Source: a virus (lineage: Duplodnaviria > Caudoviricetes). From it: DNA of 50,462 nt. The translations under genes and the position numbers were made by a program. Positions 16,677 to 27,310 of this stretch are shown piece after piece (positions within the stretch are counted from its first letter, which is position 1; every line of letters starts with the position of its first letter). Location of the stretch: IMG/VR virus record IMGVR_UViG_3300035670_000309, positions 1-50,462 of that record; one strand, 5' to 3'. Under the pieces are notes generated by a model that was not told the DNA's origin, searched no databases, and saw only the letters and a program-made list of their open reading frames with translations.

Positions 16677-17377
16677 ATGAGATTTTCTCACCCTGCCGCG
16701 CTAAAGGTCAGTCCTTTACGTTCCAGATCCACCGGGCCAGCTTGTCGATGCGATCCTGCCCGATATGAGAAACTGCCGTGCTTCGCGAATGCCGAGACGA
16801 AAATCCTACTCCGGGGATGATGTCCCCATCGCCGCTCACGACGTTCCACCCGTCATGGACCTTATCGCTCCGCTACCGCAGCTCCACTTGCGCGCGGATG
16901 GTGGCAGCGTGTTCTTCGGCGGCTTCGTAAGACGAGAACACACGACCTTCATCTAATCGTGAAGTATCAAAGCTATCGCCATCCCAAATGAAACAAATGA
17001 CACCCACGCCAGTCACAGGTACCCAATACACATCCCCCCCTTTGGCACCCACCTCTTGCGCGGCAACAGATCATCAATGCTGTGAGTGTTTTCCAGAGTC
17101 TTGTCCAGTGCCGGAAACAGGTCTTTTTGCGTCAGCCCTGCCGCCTCGATGACGGCTCTGGCTGCTGTGATTGCTGCGTTTCGGTCCATATTATTTCTCT
17201 CCTCCCCGAGTGATTAACCATAAAACACATTCGCCACCGACCGTCGCAGCCACCATACACAAAGATGCGATGACGGCTTGATTTAAACTCTGGCTTCCCG
17301 TCAGAAACAGAATAAATGAAACCGCCAACGGAAAAGCGACAAACCCCGTTATCTTCTTTATGTTTTTGAGGCCCATG

Positions 17378-17950
17378 TTATTCAGCCCTGATGATTTCAG
17401 CGTGCTTGGCCTCAGCCTCTTCGAAGGTGCGGAAGACGTTTCCGGATTCCAGCGCATTGCGGTCGAAATTGTCGTTATTCCATGTAATCAAAGAAATGTT
17501 TCCTGAGTTTCTACGCACGAAGTACCGTTCACCAAGTTTCGGAACCCACCGTTCCGGCTTTTGGGCTGGGGCTTCCTGCTTGGCAAGGCGGTAAGAGATG
17601 ATGTCTTTAGGACTTTTTTCCATCTTCCAATTCAGATACTTAGCCTTTTCAACCGCTTGAATCCCGTCGCGAGTCTGGATCTCAACCATAGTTTCGCCAT
17701 CGACCGGACAGTCTCCACCGAACCAAAGGAGAAAGAAATCATCAGTCATGTATTTTGATTGCGTCGTCAGGTCTTCAGCCTGAAGGATATCGCAAATCCG
17801 GCTGAAAGCCGCCTGCGCCCCCTCTGGCGAACCGCAATCAAATTCTGATCCCGTCAGAAGCACTGACTGCCCAGACACGCGGAAAACTTCGTGCTTAAAC
17901 AGTACATCACTGGAAACAACAGCGTTTCCGATCCGATAGTACTTCTTCAT
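17378..17950 (-). CDS. Hypothetical modular protein containing a W.GG.CPVDG domain
   Basis: Shares WxGGxCPVDG..VEI...DG...DI..YR with the neighbouring gene. Confidence 0.65.
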   Translation of the reverse strand: MKKYYRIGNAVVSSDVLFKHEVFRVSGQSVLLTGSEFDCGSPEGAQAAFSRICDILQAEDLTTQSKYMTDDFFLLWFGGDCPVDGETMVEIQTRDGIQAVEKAKYLNWKMEKSPKDIISYRLAKQEAPAQKPERWVPKLGERYFVRRNSGNISLITWNNDNFDRNALESGNVFRTFEEAEAKHAEIIRAE

Positions 17951-17954
17951 TTCC

Positions 17955-18425
17955 TCATTCCCCCACGACGCGGTAGGCGACGATGTCGTAAAGCTCTCCT
18001 GTCTCGTCCCACCTCAACAGACCTGCCATCTCAATTGCCTCTGTCCCGTCGCTCAACCTGATTTCAACGTCCACGTCCCCATCCACCGGGCACTCCCCGC
18101 CATGCCACTGGATCCATCCGTCAGCGTCAGTCTCCGGGGCCCGTCCCTCTTTCTCCTCGGATTTCCCCAGCGCCTCCCCGGCCAGCGCAGCGTATGCCGC
18201 GCAGTCAACAGCGCTGTCGGTCGGGTCGGCGGCGCTGCTCATCCGAACCAGCTTCAGGCAGGCCATAAACTGCCAACCCTGCGCCTCTGTCAGAGTGTGG
18301 CCGGTCAGAACGTTGAACGTTTCAACGATCCGGCCCATAGACCGCTCTCCTTCGGGCTGGTCGTAGTCTTTACCGCGCTGGTCCAGAGTAGCGGCAGCGG
18401 CTTTCAGAATGTCAGCGGCGTTCAT
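17955..18425 (-). CDS. DUF6378-like domain fused to a W.GG.CPVDG domain
   Basis: ILKAAA..L.QRGKDY...FM..LKL.R...DS.VD.AAYAAL.GE. Confidence 0.7.
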   Translation of the reverse strand: MNAADILKAAAATLDQRGKDYDQPEGERSMGRIVETFNVLTGHTLTEAQGWQFMACLKLVRMSSAADPTDSAVDCAAYAALAGEALGKSEEKEGRAPETDADGWIQWHGGECPVDGDVDVEIRLSDGTEAIEMAGLLRWDETGELYDIVAYRVVGE

Positions 18426-18745
18426 TTCTTATCTTCCTCTTCGTCTTCGACATCCACTCCAATTACTTCGAACATATGTGCAGCCATAAACAATGCTGCT
18501 CCGATAATTAACGTTCCAAGAATTGCTCCGACAATTGGACCTACTCCAGAACTGTCTCTAATTGCCGAGACCCAAATTGATAAGAGCCCGTGCAACGCTC
18601 CTAGGCAGCAAAATAAGAATGAAAACATTCCAAACATTTTTGTGTTTTTGGCATTTTCGCGCTCAATTTTTTCCGCCTCTTTTTTCCATTTTGTGTATCC
18701 GTCCCAAGGCTCGTTTATAAACGAATTGTTGTTTTTTGATTTCAT
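18422..18745 (-). CDS. Hypothetical membrane protein
   Basis: Two hydrophobic segments; overlaps both neighbouring genes. Confidence 0.6.
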   Translation of the reverse strand: MKSKNNNSFINEPWDGYTKWKKEAEKIERENAKNTKMFGMFSFLFCCLGALHGLLSIWVSAIRDSSGVGPIVGAILGTLIIGAALFMAAHMFEVIGVDVEDEEEDKK

Positions 18746-19050
18746 TCTTCACTCTCCAGTGCGTCGTTGATGCGGTCCAAAAGAGTATCTTTGGACGGAT
18801 ACAAAATTGCGTTCCCGGCGTGCGGGACGCTTCCTACAATTTTTCTTGCGGTGCGCAAAGTAGCCTCAAGTTTGTCAATGCGCTGCTTTGTTTCCAACGG
18901 GACAACCTGTTCGGCCAAAGCGCAAACCAAAAGCTGTTCTGTCAGACGATAAAGCTGGGTGCCCTGCTGGGCGGCTTTAGCTTTGAGCCTGTCTTTTAAT
19001 ACGCGCGGCACAAAGACCGGGACCAGATCAAGAGTTTCTTTCAGGGCCAT
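18742..19050 (-). CDS. Ribbon-helix-helix-like protein
   Basis: VPVFVPRVLKDRLKAKAAQQG..L..L.E.LL pattern. Confidence 0.5.
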   Translation of the reverse strand: MALKETLDLVPVFVPRVLKDRLKAKAAQQGTQLYRLTEQLLVCALAEQVVPLETKQRIDKLEATLRTARKIVGSVPHAGNAILYPSKDTLLDRINDALESEE

Positions 19051-19239
19051 CGCATCTCCTCCATGTGTTGACGCCCCGGTCTGATATGATCGGGGCATCT
19101 CGCCCACTAAAAACTTTAGTTTTTTAGGTGATTTTATCTAAGTCAAAAGATATCGGGCTGCCGCGCAGGACACGATGGAAACAACTGCGATTATGTGCAG
19201 AGCCACTAGAGCGGCAAAGATTTCCGCGATTGGCCCCAT

Positions 19240-20526
19240 TTAGATATCCACCGGACTATCAATGGTAAATCCCGGTTCCGTTACGCGGGAAAGTTGCACA
19301 GAGATGTTAATAATCGCGTTCCAGTTCGGCCCGCGCTCCACAAGGTCGGAAATCTCTGAAAGCTCCTCGACCTCATGTAGCACGTCTCGCAGTCCGGCGG
19401 TGGTGCGGTAGGTGATTGTTACGCTCCAGCGCTTCATCTTTCATTCTCCGTTTGCGGCCTATACAGTGGCCTTTGGTGTTTTCTGCGCCATCGCCCCGTC
19501 ATTTGGTGCAAAGGCCATCGGGCGGGGATTATATCGAGATTGCGGGCTATTCCCCGTCAGTTTTGCTCCTTACCTGATCTGCCGCGCTCCTCAGCGTTGC
19601 AGCCGACGCCCGTGGGCTTTGAGACAGATCATCGCGACCATTCAGCCACCCATGACAATAGGCGGGCGTCCTGTTTCCTGTCGGCTTCGGGCTGCACGGG
19701 TCAAGGCCGTCCCGATAGCCTTGCAAAATTTCATCATCTGCAAATGTCATCCCTCAGTCTCCATCAGGGTTTTCCGAGCCGCCATCTCAGCCGCCCGGAG
19801 TTGCGCATGAACGTGCGCGGGCTTTTGTCTCACATCTGGCTCGGTCAGCATCCGCAGCGCCGTTGTGGCCTGTTGCAGCGCCAGACGTAGCGCGGTGATC
19901 TTTTCGGCGTTGGTCATTTTTCGGCTTCCTTTCCACACGAAAGATGGCCGCTCCGCGCTAAGTCTAGGTCTTTTTGGAGAAGGGCGATTTCAATGCGTTT
20001 CTCCGCATCGCTAGATTCAACGCCTGCCCCAATCAAGTATCCGACGATTCCGCCGATAAAAAGAAACACGGCTAAAACCTCCATCACTCATCCCCCTCGT
20101 ATCGCAGCCAACGGGCCACCCATCCAGATTTGATGCGCCAGACGGCCCACACATGCTTGAGCCCGCCGACGGTCGTCGTAAAAATTATGCAACCCCGCTG
20201 CCCCATCGCCCGGTCTGGAAATTGTTGCCGCGCGTCCTGAGCCAGCCGCAGCCCGACCAACTCATACGCTTCGGGCGCTTCGATCTTTATCATCCCTCAT
20301 CCCCCGGCTTGTCCTGTTTCTTGAGGTCTTTTATCGCAACACACATCCTGTCTTGCAGAGCGTTGCCAAATGCAATCACAGCGTGAGGAAGATTGCATTT
20401 GCTCCCTCTAATCATGGAGACAACAACAGCAGAACGCCCCTCCGCGATCCAGCCACAAAAAGGCTGCACAAAATCTACGGCGCGGTATGCATGGACAGTA
20501 ACGTTGTCTCCGATGCGAATTTTCAT
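19240..20526 (-). CDS. Cluster of small hypothetical genes (19240-19437, 19547-19750, 19747-19917, 20084-20293, 20290-20526)
   Basis: Co-oriented ORFs, several with overlapping start and stop codons. Confidence 0.55.
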
Positions 20527-20891
20527 TTGTCACCCCTCGCTTCCGTCTTGGCTGGGGCGGCTGCGATAACAGCGGCGGCATACTGCCGCGCCAGCTGCAT
20601 GTCTTCCGCCGTGGGTTCCTGATCTGACAGCAGCCAAAGGCGCGTCAAGGGGCGGGCCATTTCATCGGTGGGGATTACCGGAACGGCCTTCCATGTTCCA
20701 GCCTTTAACGCGGATAGCGTTGCAGTGTGCAGCCCAAGAAAAGAAAGAGCCATAAAGTGCTGTTTCGTGAGATCTACCCAATACTCCCGTTCAGCTGGGC
20801 TAAGACGCATCCACAAACTACAAGCTGCGTCTCCCTCGATAACGGCTCGTAACTGTTGCGCAACGCGCATGATAAAGTCATCAACGGTCAT
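20523..20891 (-). CDS. Hypothetical protein, paralog of 28100-28471
   Basis: Shared ALKAGTWKAVPV.PTDEMA.PLTRL...AAAVIAAAPAK. Confidence 0.65.
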   Translation of the reverse strand: MTVDDFIMRVAQQLRAVIEGDAACSLWMRLSPAEREYWVDLTKQHFMALSFLGLHTATLSALKAGTWKAVPVIPTDEMARPLTRLWLLSDQEPTAEDMQLARQYAAAVIAAAPAKTEARGDK

Positions 20892-21040
20892 TTCCGCTCT
20901 CCTCGGATTTAAACATGGCGTCAACGGCAGCTTGAGCGATCTGCTTGGCGGCCTCAACGGTGTCTGAAACTGATAAGCTTGGGTCCGCGCACAGACCCGT
21001 CAATGCCGCCAAAAACGCGCGTTCGTAAAAATCTTTCCTG

Positions 21041-21454
21041 TTATCCATTCTCGCTCTCCTCGATCATCTGGGTTGATCCATCCTCTAAAACTCGGTGCGT
21101 CCGCCAATCGCAAATCGCAATGTATTCCGTATTTAGATTGGCTTGGTCCGCCCAGCCAACGATTGCCGCCCGTACGGCTCTTTGCAAATCATCTATATTT
21201 TCAACCGTTATGTTTGCCAGCCAGCTTTCCCCGAGTTCTCCTATTTCGGCACTGACTGCGATTTGCATTTTTTCGATTAGGTCGCGGGCGTCAGGGATAA
21301 CGTCTGCGATGGTCTTTCGGACCAGCCGCCCAGTGTCAAATGTGCTGCCCGGGAAAAGTACACACTCCTCTACGGCTACGGCTGCCGCATCTTCGCGGCA
21401 TTCTTCATCCCCGTAAAACACTTCGCCGTCTATTGAATATCCGTACTCATCCAT
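21041..21454 (-). CDS. Hypothetical acidic protein
   Basis: 137-aa ORF overlapping the upstream stop. Confidence 0.6.
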   Translation of the reverse strand: MDEYGYSIDGEVFYGDEECREDAAAVAVEECVLFPGSTFDTGRLVRKTIADVIPDARDLIEKMQIAVSAEIGELGESWLANITVENIDDLQRAVRAAIVGWADQANLNTEYIAICDWRTHRVLEDGSTQMIEESENG

Positions 21455-21935
21455 TCTCGCTCTCCTCGATCTGCCCCACGGGGCGGTGTTGTTCGTCTAT
21501 CATGCGGGCGCGGTCTTTCCGGCGTGCTTCTGCCTGCTCTCGCGTCTCGCGTCGCGAACCGGTCCTCGTCGCAACCATCAGGGCGGTTTCGATTTTGGCC
21601 CCATCAAGTGCCCGGCGCTCAAGGTCGCCTGCCACTGTGGCCCGGATCTCGGCGGGCAGCGGCATGCGGTATCCGTTTGACCATCCGGCCACAGTGCGCC
21701 GGATCGCCAACGCCAGAAGGTCGGCTGGCAAGCCGTCTAAACCCTCTCGGTAGGCCTGCGTCATCCATCCCCAGTCCTTGACTTCGATCCGCATGTTTTC
21801 GGAGAGGCGCTTAAGGGTACCAATGGCTACCGCCCACTGTTCCGCCGTTGGCGGCTCCATCAGGCTTTGCAGGGCTTCGCGGCCATCAGTCAGCGTCTGG
21901 CGCGTAATCCCAATCGGCAAAGGGTCCGCTATCAT
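21447..21935 (-). CDS. Replication-associated protein downstream of the initiator (helicase loader position); start uncertain
   Basis: Y.EGLDGLPADLL.LAI......W....MPLPAEIR motif and position next to the initiator. Confidence 0.55.
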   Translation of the reverse strand: MIADPLPIGITRQTLTDGREALQSLMEPPTAEQWAVAIGTLKRLSENMRIEVKDWGWMTQAYREGLDGLPADLLALAIRRTVAGWSNGYRMPLPAEIRATVAGDLERRALDGAKIETALMVATRTGSRRETREQAEARRKDRARMIDEQHRPVGQIEESENG

Positions 21936-22917
21936 CCACTCGCTTAGGCGCGAGGCCAAGAGCTTCAAGGATTTTGAGGTCGTCGTCATCTGACTTGCGT
22001 TGCTGCTCAGCGCGACGGCGCTCATCGTAGCTTTGGCTGTCATGGGTTGATCTCTCCTGTTTGGCTGGCTCGTCCTCCCAACCTTTGCCGTTGAGCCACG
22101 TTGCGGGATGGCGAGTGTATTGAGGGTCCTGCCCGGCTCTCTCGCTGGCATAACGCTGGGCGGCGGTCAGGATCGTTTCCGGGGAGGCCAGCTTGATAGC
22201 CTTGGCGTATGCCCTCTCGGCTTGCCCCTTCCCGACCTTCCGGGGGTAGGCCCTCCAGAAGGCTGCAAATCCATCATCCCCCTCTGGGGGACTATAGGGG
22301 GTAACACTATTATTCTTCTTTCCTCTCCTCTCCTCTCCTATAGCGTGACACTGCGTGACATCCGTCACATCTGATTTATCTAGCAAATTCAACTGGTTAT
22401 CTGCGTCCGCGTGACGGTCAATGTGACGACGTGACGTCACGCTTTCGTCACGAGTGACGCATGTGACGTCACATTTCGTCACATCTTCGTCACTCGTCAC
22501 TGATTTTTTTTTGCGTTCACGGAGCGCCCGCATTCTCTCCGCGCCAGTCATTGGACCGGCACTGCTTTCGCGACTGCGCTGGGCTTTTTTTCGATCCGCA
22601 GCCGTTTCGTCCTCGCGTTTCGGCTGGCGTTTTTCCCAAGCAACGATCAAATCCCCATCGCCCGACAGGACTTTACCCCGCATAGCATCCATGATGCGGT
22701 CGACAACGCCACGATCAATGTCAATCGCCTGCGACACGTCATCCGGGTCTATCCCAGAGATAGAGCCTCGTTCGTCAGATTGGCTAGCCTGCTCCAACAG
22801 AAATGCCCAGATCGCAATAACGGCGGTCAGATGGCATCCAGCTTTGCATGCAATTGTTCGGAATTTCGGGTCGGTGGTTGTCCCGTGATACCACCGAAGC
22901 CAATGGTTTACGGCCAT
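21886..22917 (-). CDS. Phage replication initiator (lambda O / replisome-organiser-like)
   Basis: WLRWYHGTTTDPKF N-terminus, WEKRQ, central VT-rich iteron-coded stretch, C-terminal FWRAYPRKVGK...HPATWLN..WEDE. Confidence 0.85.
   Translation of the reverse strand: MAVNHWLRWYHGTTTDPKFRTIACKAGCHLTAVIAIWAFLLEQASQSDERGSISGIDPDDVSQAIDIDRGVVDRIMDAMRGKVLSGDGDLIVAWEKRQPKREDETAADRKKAQRSRESSAGPMTGAERMRALRERKKKSVTSDEDVTKCDVTCVTRDESVTSRRHIDRHADADNQLNLLDKSDVTDVTQCHAIGEERRGKKNNSVTPYSPPEGDDGFAAFWRAYPRKVGKGQAERAYAKAIKLASPETILTAAQRYASERAGQDPQYTRHPATWLNGKGWEDEPAKQERSTHDSQSYDERRRAEQQRKSDDDDLKILEALGLAPKRVDDSGPFADWDYAPDAD
22344..22502. repeat. Iteron-like GTGAC/GTCAC cluster; candidate replication origin inside the initiator gene
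   Basis: More than a dozen GTGAC/GTCAC pentamers, including GTGACGTCAC palindromes, around an AT-richer stretch at 22370-22400. Confidence 0.7.
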
Positions 22918-23043
22918 TGTCGGTGCAGTCCTCAGCTATGCAGTCCGGGGAATAGGCGACGGCGTGGGACTGCGGCACGCAAGGCGGCTCATGACTTCCG
23001 CCCTTTTTTCGTCGCCCGCCGATTGTATCACGGCGTCCTGCAG

Positions 23044-23343
23044 TTATCCATGCCGAAAATCCTCCAATGCTGCTACCAATGTCGCGTGGCGAAGGCTGGC
23101 TTCCCCGTATCGAAACAACTCTTTTGTCGCTTTTCCCCCCGCGTCTTGGGCCGCCGACAGGACAATATGCGCACATCGCGCAGCATCTGCGGCTTCTTCG
23201 CAGTCGGCCCGCATCTGGGCCTCAATGGCCCGACGAACGTACTCGGACGGCGTCATGCCCATTGCGTGGGCCGCAGCCTGCCACGCGCTGCGCTGGGCAG
23301 CGGTGGCCCGGGCGGAAATCCTGACGTCCTCAGCCATTTTCAT
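23044..23343 (-). CDS. Ribbon-helix-helix-like protein
   Basis: ISARAT...R.AW..AA...GMT.SEYVRRAI. Confidence 0.55.
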   Translation of the reverse strand: MKMAEDVRISARATAAQRSAWQAAAHAMGMTPSEYVRRAIEAQMRADCEEAADAARCAHIVLSAAQDAGGKATKELFRYGEASLRHATLVAALEDFRHG

Positions 23344-23947
23344 TTTCTCCGATTAGCTCCCATAGCCTTGATCGTTGCCATTTTGCTTCATCCATGCTGC
23401 CCTTCTCCCCGCGTGCAGCGCAGGCAAAGTTAGAGGCTTTGCGTGCGTTTTCGGAAAGCTTTGTAATGTTTGCGGCATGGTCTATATGAGCCGCATGAGC
23501 TGCATGAGCTGCATGAGCTGCGGCTGAAGCTGCACAGCGTATTTCTCTTCCCCAATCTGTATAATTGCAGTGCATAAGATGATCACTAGCAGCGGCATGA
23601 GCCGCCTCAGCAGCCTTAAAAGCATTTATTCCAGTCATCGCGGATGAAATGGCAAAACGCGGTCTTTTGTCGTTGCCATGATGTTTTTCCCAGATAAATA
23701 AAACTCTTTTCGCACAATCTGCTGCCCAAACTGAACACAGCTTTCGCCCTGTTTCTCCACAAGACGCCGAGATATCAAAAAGAATTTCATCGTATTCACC
23801 AAGCATTAATATTGTTGACGGCAAAAGTGGGTCGTCGTCAGGCTTAGTTTTACCAAGGTATTCCAGCAAATTTTCCCAATATTTCGGCGTTGACCAGCCT
23901 ATAGACTTGCGATATTTTAGAATGTCGTTCAACGTTGTTATCAGCAT
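23330..23947 (-). CDS. Hypothetical protein, paralog of 15835-16341, with an Imm5-like segment
   Basis: ITTLNDI...LGKTKPDDDPL and WAADCA.RVL..WE....D.RPR.AI. Confidence 0.65.
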   Translation of the reverse strand: MLITTLNDILKYRKSIGWSTPKYWENLLEYLGKTKPDDDPLLPSTILMLGEYDEILFDISASCGETGRKLCSVWAADCAKRVLFIWEKHHGNDKRPRFAISSAMTGINAFKAAEAAHAAASDHLMHCNYTDWGREIRCAASAAAHAAHAAHAAHIDHAANITKLSENARKASNFACAARGEKGSMDEAKWQRSRLWELIGENENG

Positions 23948-23970
23948 TTTGTCTCTCCTGATTTGCTTCA

Positions 23971-24957
23971 TTACTTTCCTGCCTCGGAGCACAGAAGGCT
24001 CATGGCTGCGATGCTGGCCTCCACATCATACCGGCAATCGTGCGGGCTGCCTTCCGGCTTCCCGGCCCCCATAAAAGACGACAGATAACCATCCACGCTG
24101 TCGGCGGGGTGCCCCGCCATAAACAGTGCCGTGGCGATGTCATGAAGGGGGTAGGGACCATCAAAGTCCCCGATAAGCCCACGCTCGTGCATGGAGCGGA
24201 AGAGACCGCTTTCGACGGGTGAGCCCATGTGCGCCCATGCTGCCCCCTTATTTGCCAGCCACCACGCAGCGAACGCAGTGAGAAGATCCGGAACCTCCTT
24301 GATATCCGCATTGTGCGGGTAACAGTTCGCCTTCACCCACTCGTTTTCCGGCACATACCCGGCCTGCCGCCCCTCAAAGCGGGCAACTTCTGCGCCGTTT
24401 TCAATCCGGACGGCGCAGATCGCCCATGTGGGGCCGTACAACCCATCTGTCTCTGCGTCGAGGTAAACCCCATCCGGGGCTGACGTCTTTGCATCCTCGG
24501 ACTTCCAGCTATTCATCTGGTCAACGAAAACCTGGACAATCTTCTCGCGGTCGTCTTCATAGAGTGTAACGGGAAAGGCCAGCCGCCCCGAGACATCCGG
24601 GTGTGTTATTGTGGTGAGGGACCACTCTTCCCGTTTGTGGTCTGGGTTTAGTCGGACCCCCGACTTGGTCGCTGCGGTAAATTTTGGCGTCTTCACAGCC
24701 GCGAACATGGTTTCAAAGCCGCCAAAGCTTGCGATCTCTCCGGCTGCCACCCGCCCGAGAACGTCCCCGGACGACGTTGTAAGAATCAACGGACCGAACC
24801 GGTCAGGTTCGGTGACGATCAGCCGACCGCCAAAAAATTCCTTCCTCAAGAGAGGGCGGATCATGGCCGCTTCCATCTCTAATTTGGCCTTATCCCACGC
24901 GCTCAGTTCGCGCGGCGGTTCCGGGCGAGAAAAAATCTTGCGGATTGCGCTGAACAT
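23971..24957 (-). CDS. Unknown N-terminal domain fused to a DEDDh 3'-5' exonuclease-like domain
   Basis: VYLDAETDGLYG (ExoI) and HDCRYD (ExoIII) motifs in the C-terminal half. Confidence 0.65.
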   Translation of the reverse strand: MFSAIRKIFSRPEPPRELSAWDKAKLEMEAAMIRPLLRKEFFGGRLIVTEPDRFGPLILTTSSGDVLGRVAAGEIASFGGFETMFAAVKTPKFTAATKSGVRLNPDHKREEWSLTTITHPDVSGRLAFPVTLYEDDREKIVQVFVDQMNSWKSEDAKTSAPDGVYLDAETDGLYGPTWAICAVRIENGAEVARFEGRQAGYVPENEWVKANCYPHNADIKEVPDLLTAFAAWWLANKGAAWAHMGSPVESGLFRSMHERGLIGDFDGPYPLHDIATALFMAGHPADSVDGYLSSFMGAGKPEGSPHDCRYDVEASIAAMSLLCSEAGK

Positions 24958-25048
24958 TTGTCATCTCCTTGGCTTGATTGCCGCACTTGGTATACCGGTG
25001 ATGGTATACCAACGGGCCGGGCAGTCAACAGATTTTTGAAAAAATCAC

Positions 25049-25077
25049 AAAAAAAGACCCCGCCTTTCGACGGGGCA
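25049..25077 (-). terminator. Intrinsic terminator after ssb
   Basis: GCCCCGTCGAAAGGCGGGGT followed by CTTTTTTT on the minus strand. Confidence 0.75.
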
Positions 25078-25094
25078 GAAGTTGAGAGTTGCTA

Positions 25095-25574
25095 TCAAAA
25101 AGGAATTTCGTCATCAAGATCGGTCGGCGGAGCATCCCACCCCGACCCGGCACCACCACCGCTTCCGCCTCCAAAGCCGCCGCCTCCGGACCGGCCACCG
25201 CCCTGTTGCTGCCCGCCGTCGGATCGCCCGTCCAGAAGTACCAACGTCCCGTTAAACGCCTGCAACACGACCTCAGTAGAGTACTTTTCAGCCCCGTTTT
25301 GATCGGTCCACTTTCGGGTCTGAAGCTGCCCCTCAATGTAGACCTTCGAGCCCTTCCGCAGATAGCGTTCCGCCACTCCGGCCAGCCCGTCGTTAAAGAT
25401 AACTACGCGGTGCCACTCTGTGCGCTCCTTTTTCTCGCCGGTCTGTTTATCCTTCCAGCTTTCGGAGGTCGCCACCGACAGATTGACAATCTTGCCCCCA
25501 TTTTGGGTGGTGCGGACCTCCGGGTCTTTACCCACGTTGCCGACGAGGATCACTTTGTTAACGCTGCCTGCCAT
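25095..25574 (-). CDS. ssb: Single-stranded DNA-binding protein
   Basis: [13 protein letters not shown]...TEWHRVVIF...DDEIPF. Confidence 0.97.
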   Translation of the reverse strand: MAGSVNKVILVGNVGKDPEVRTTQNGGKIVNLSVATSESWKDKQTGEKKERTEWHRVVIFNDGLAGVAERYLRKGSKVYIEGQLQTRKWTDQNGAEKYSTEVVLQAFNGTLVLLDGRSDGGQQQGGGRSGGGGFGGGSGGGAGSGWDAPPTDLDDEIPF

Positions 25575-25834
25575 TATTCGTCACCTTCAACAACTCGGAA
25601 AGTCATCGCCTCTAGATTGGCAATCTGTTTTCTGAGGCTAGCGATACGCTTGTCTCTGGCGGCTTTGGCAGCGGAAACGGCGGCCTCTGGCGTTTCATAC
25701 GCGTCTTTTCCAAGCGTCATAAAGCCCCATCCGTTAATCATGAAGTATTTGTCGTCATTATTGGTTTTATCCACATTTGCGACCGCAATTTTTCCATTGC
25801 TGCCAAGTGAGTATTTCGTCACATAAACCTTCAT
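25574..25834 (-). CDS. Hypothetical protein
   Basis: YVTKYSL...[10 protein letters not shown] motif; coupled to ssb. Confidence 0.6.
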   Translation of the reverse strand: MKVYVTKYSLGSNGKIAVANVDKTNNDDKYFMINGWGFMTLGKDAYETPEAAVSAAKAARDKRIASLRKQIANLEAMTFRVVEGDE

Positions 25835-25845
25835 GATATGGCTCC

Positions 25846-26229
25846 TTACAGTGCTGCGGCGCGTTGTGCGCCTTTGATGGATCTGATTGGCCCGATGGGT
25901 GGATATTTGCGCCCTTTCTTGACGATCTCGCGATCTAAGAGGGCGGCGGGAATGTCCTCAAAGTAGATCCCCGGCGGCCAGCGGTCTTTAACCGTCACCG
26001 GCTCAATCGGGTGCGCGTCAAGATCTCTTGGTTTTTTTGCGGAATCGTATGTTGTCTTGTAAATGCGCCGATATCGTGCTGATGCGACATTTTGGCTTAC
26101 CCCCAATGCCTCTGCGGCCTCTCGGACATATAGCCCTTTTTCAGCAGCCTCTTTTAGCCAAGCGTCTGCCTCGGGGGTCCAATGCCATCCCCGTGTTTGT
26201 GGGCACTTTTTGAGCTTTTCGACCATCAT
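25846..26229 (-). CDS. GcrA-like HTH protein
   Basis: WT.E..A.L.....GL...E.A.ALGVS.N......RI resembles the GcrA N-terminal domain. Confidence 0.5.
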   Translation of the reverse strand: MMVEKLKKCPQTRGWHWTPEADAWLKEAAEKGLYVREAAEALGVSQNVASARYRRIYKTTYDSAKKPRDLDAHPIEPVTVKDRWPPGIYFEDIPAALLDREIVKKGRKYPPIGPIRSIKGAQRAAAL

Positions 26230-26624
26230 ACTCTCCCATCTAGTTTGACACTGAGGGGCAGGCCCCAGCCGGTCAGGATCGTTTGCACATCATCAACGGA
26301 TCGGGCCAGCGCCCAGAGCGCACCTGACGCTTGGGCATCATCGCGAAACGTTCCTTGCTCCGTCGAGAGCCGACCGGGCCGGGTTTTACGACCGTCGATT
26401 GCCCGTCCCCCTTTAGCTTTCAGTTCAATAAATGCGGCCCTCCCGTCCGGCAGTATGAAGGCCAGATCCGGCACACCGGCCCGTGCCCCCATTCGCTTGA
26501 GCTTGGCGGCCTCACGTTTATTTCTGCTCCCCCCGTTTGGCGTGTGCCACCAGACGATGCTTTCCGGCAATCCAAATCGCAGCAGCGTGGCCACCGCGAT
26601 TTGGAGCGCGTCTTCCTCGGTCAT
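26226..26624 (-). CDS. VRR-NUC (PD-D/ExK) nuclease / resolvase-like
   Basis: HTPNGG, G.RAGVPDL, FIELK and GRLSTEQ motifs. Confidence 0.9.
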   Translation of the reverse strand: MTEEDALQIAVATLLRFGLPESIVWWHTPNGGSRNKREAAKLKRMGARAGVPDLAFILPDGRAAFIELKAKGGRAIDGRKTRPGRLSTEQGTFRDDAQASGALWALARSVDDVQTILTGWGLPLSVKLDGRV

Positions 26625-27310
26625 GGCTTATCCACCATCTGATCAATGTTGCAGTGATGCGCGGAAAACGTGGTCGCTACCACCCACGGGTTAGCGTCCC
26701 ATGAGCCGGGTCCGTAGCAGGCATCCCAGAGGTTCGCAAAGCTGGCGATGTGGAGGTATTCGGACGTATTATTGGGGACCCCAAGCGGCGACGGCCCCTC
26801 CGCAATCGCATCCTCCGGGCTGATGTCCTGCAAGCGCTGCACGCGCACATCAGTGACGATCAGGGTGAGGCGGCTGGCCCACCGGGGCATATGGATAGAG
26901 GGACGCCAACGGTCTCCATCAACCTCGACCCCCTCAAAATCGAGCCCCGACATAAGGCGGATATTATCTTTAAACTCCGCGATGCTATCGAGTCCGTCAG
27001 CGCGATAGCCCGCCTTGCCATCTGATACCTCGGAAAACGCGCCTCCGTTACAATAGACGACAAAATTGATAGTTTGATACAGCGCCCATGTCTCGCGCAC
27101 CCACAGCCGGTCACCGATGGCGTGAGGGACGCGGAGCCGCTCCAATTCATTTCCCCACTCGTCGCCGGTGAACATCCCGGCGGCGTCCCGGCAAATGGTT
27201 GAAAACGGCACGGTCGGCGGCATTTTCAGCGGGCGGCGCGTCTGGGTTTTACGCCCTTCAAGGATGGCGCGGACCATCGGGCCTGAAAAAAGGATCGGGC
27301 GGTCAGTCAT
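26621..27310 (-). CDS. ASCH-like phage protein
   Basis: ILFSGPMVRAILEGRKTQTRR, GDRLWVRE, PSIHMPRWASR and W.ANPWV motifs. Confidence 0.8.
   Translation of the reverse strand: MTDRPILFSGPMVRAILEGRKTQTRRPLKMPPTVPFSTICRDAAGMFTGDEWGNELERLRVPHAIGDRLWVRETWALYQTINFVVYCNGGAFSEVSDGKAGYRADGLDSIAEFKDNIRLMSGLDFEGVEVDGDRWRPSIHMPRWASRLTLIVTDVRVQRLQDISPEDAIAEGPSPLGVPNNTSEYLHIASFANLWDACYGPGSWDANPWVVATTFSAHHCNIDQMVDKP

Noticed and set aside
23485-23525. 9-bp repeat (gcatgagct) x3-4
   Set aside because: It encodes a low-complexity AAH run within an Ala-rich protein, with no sign of a separate function.
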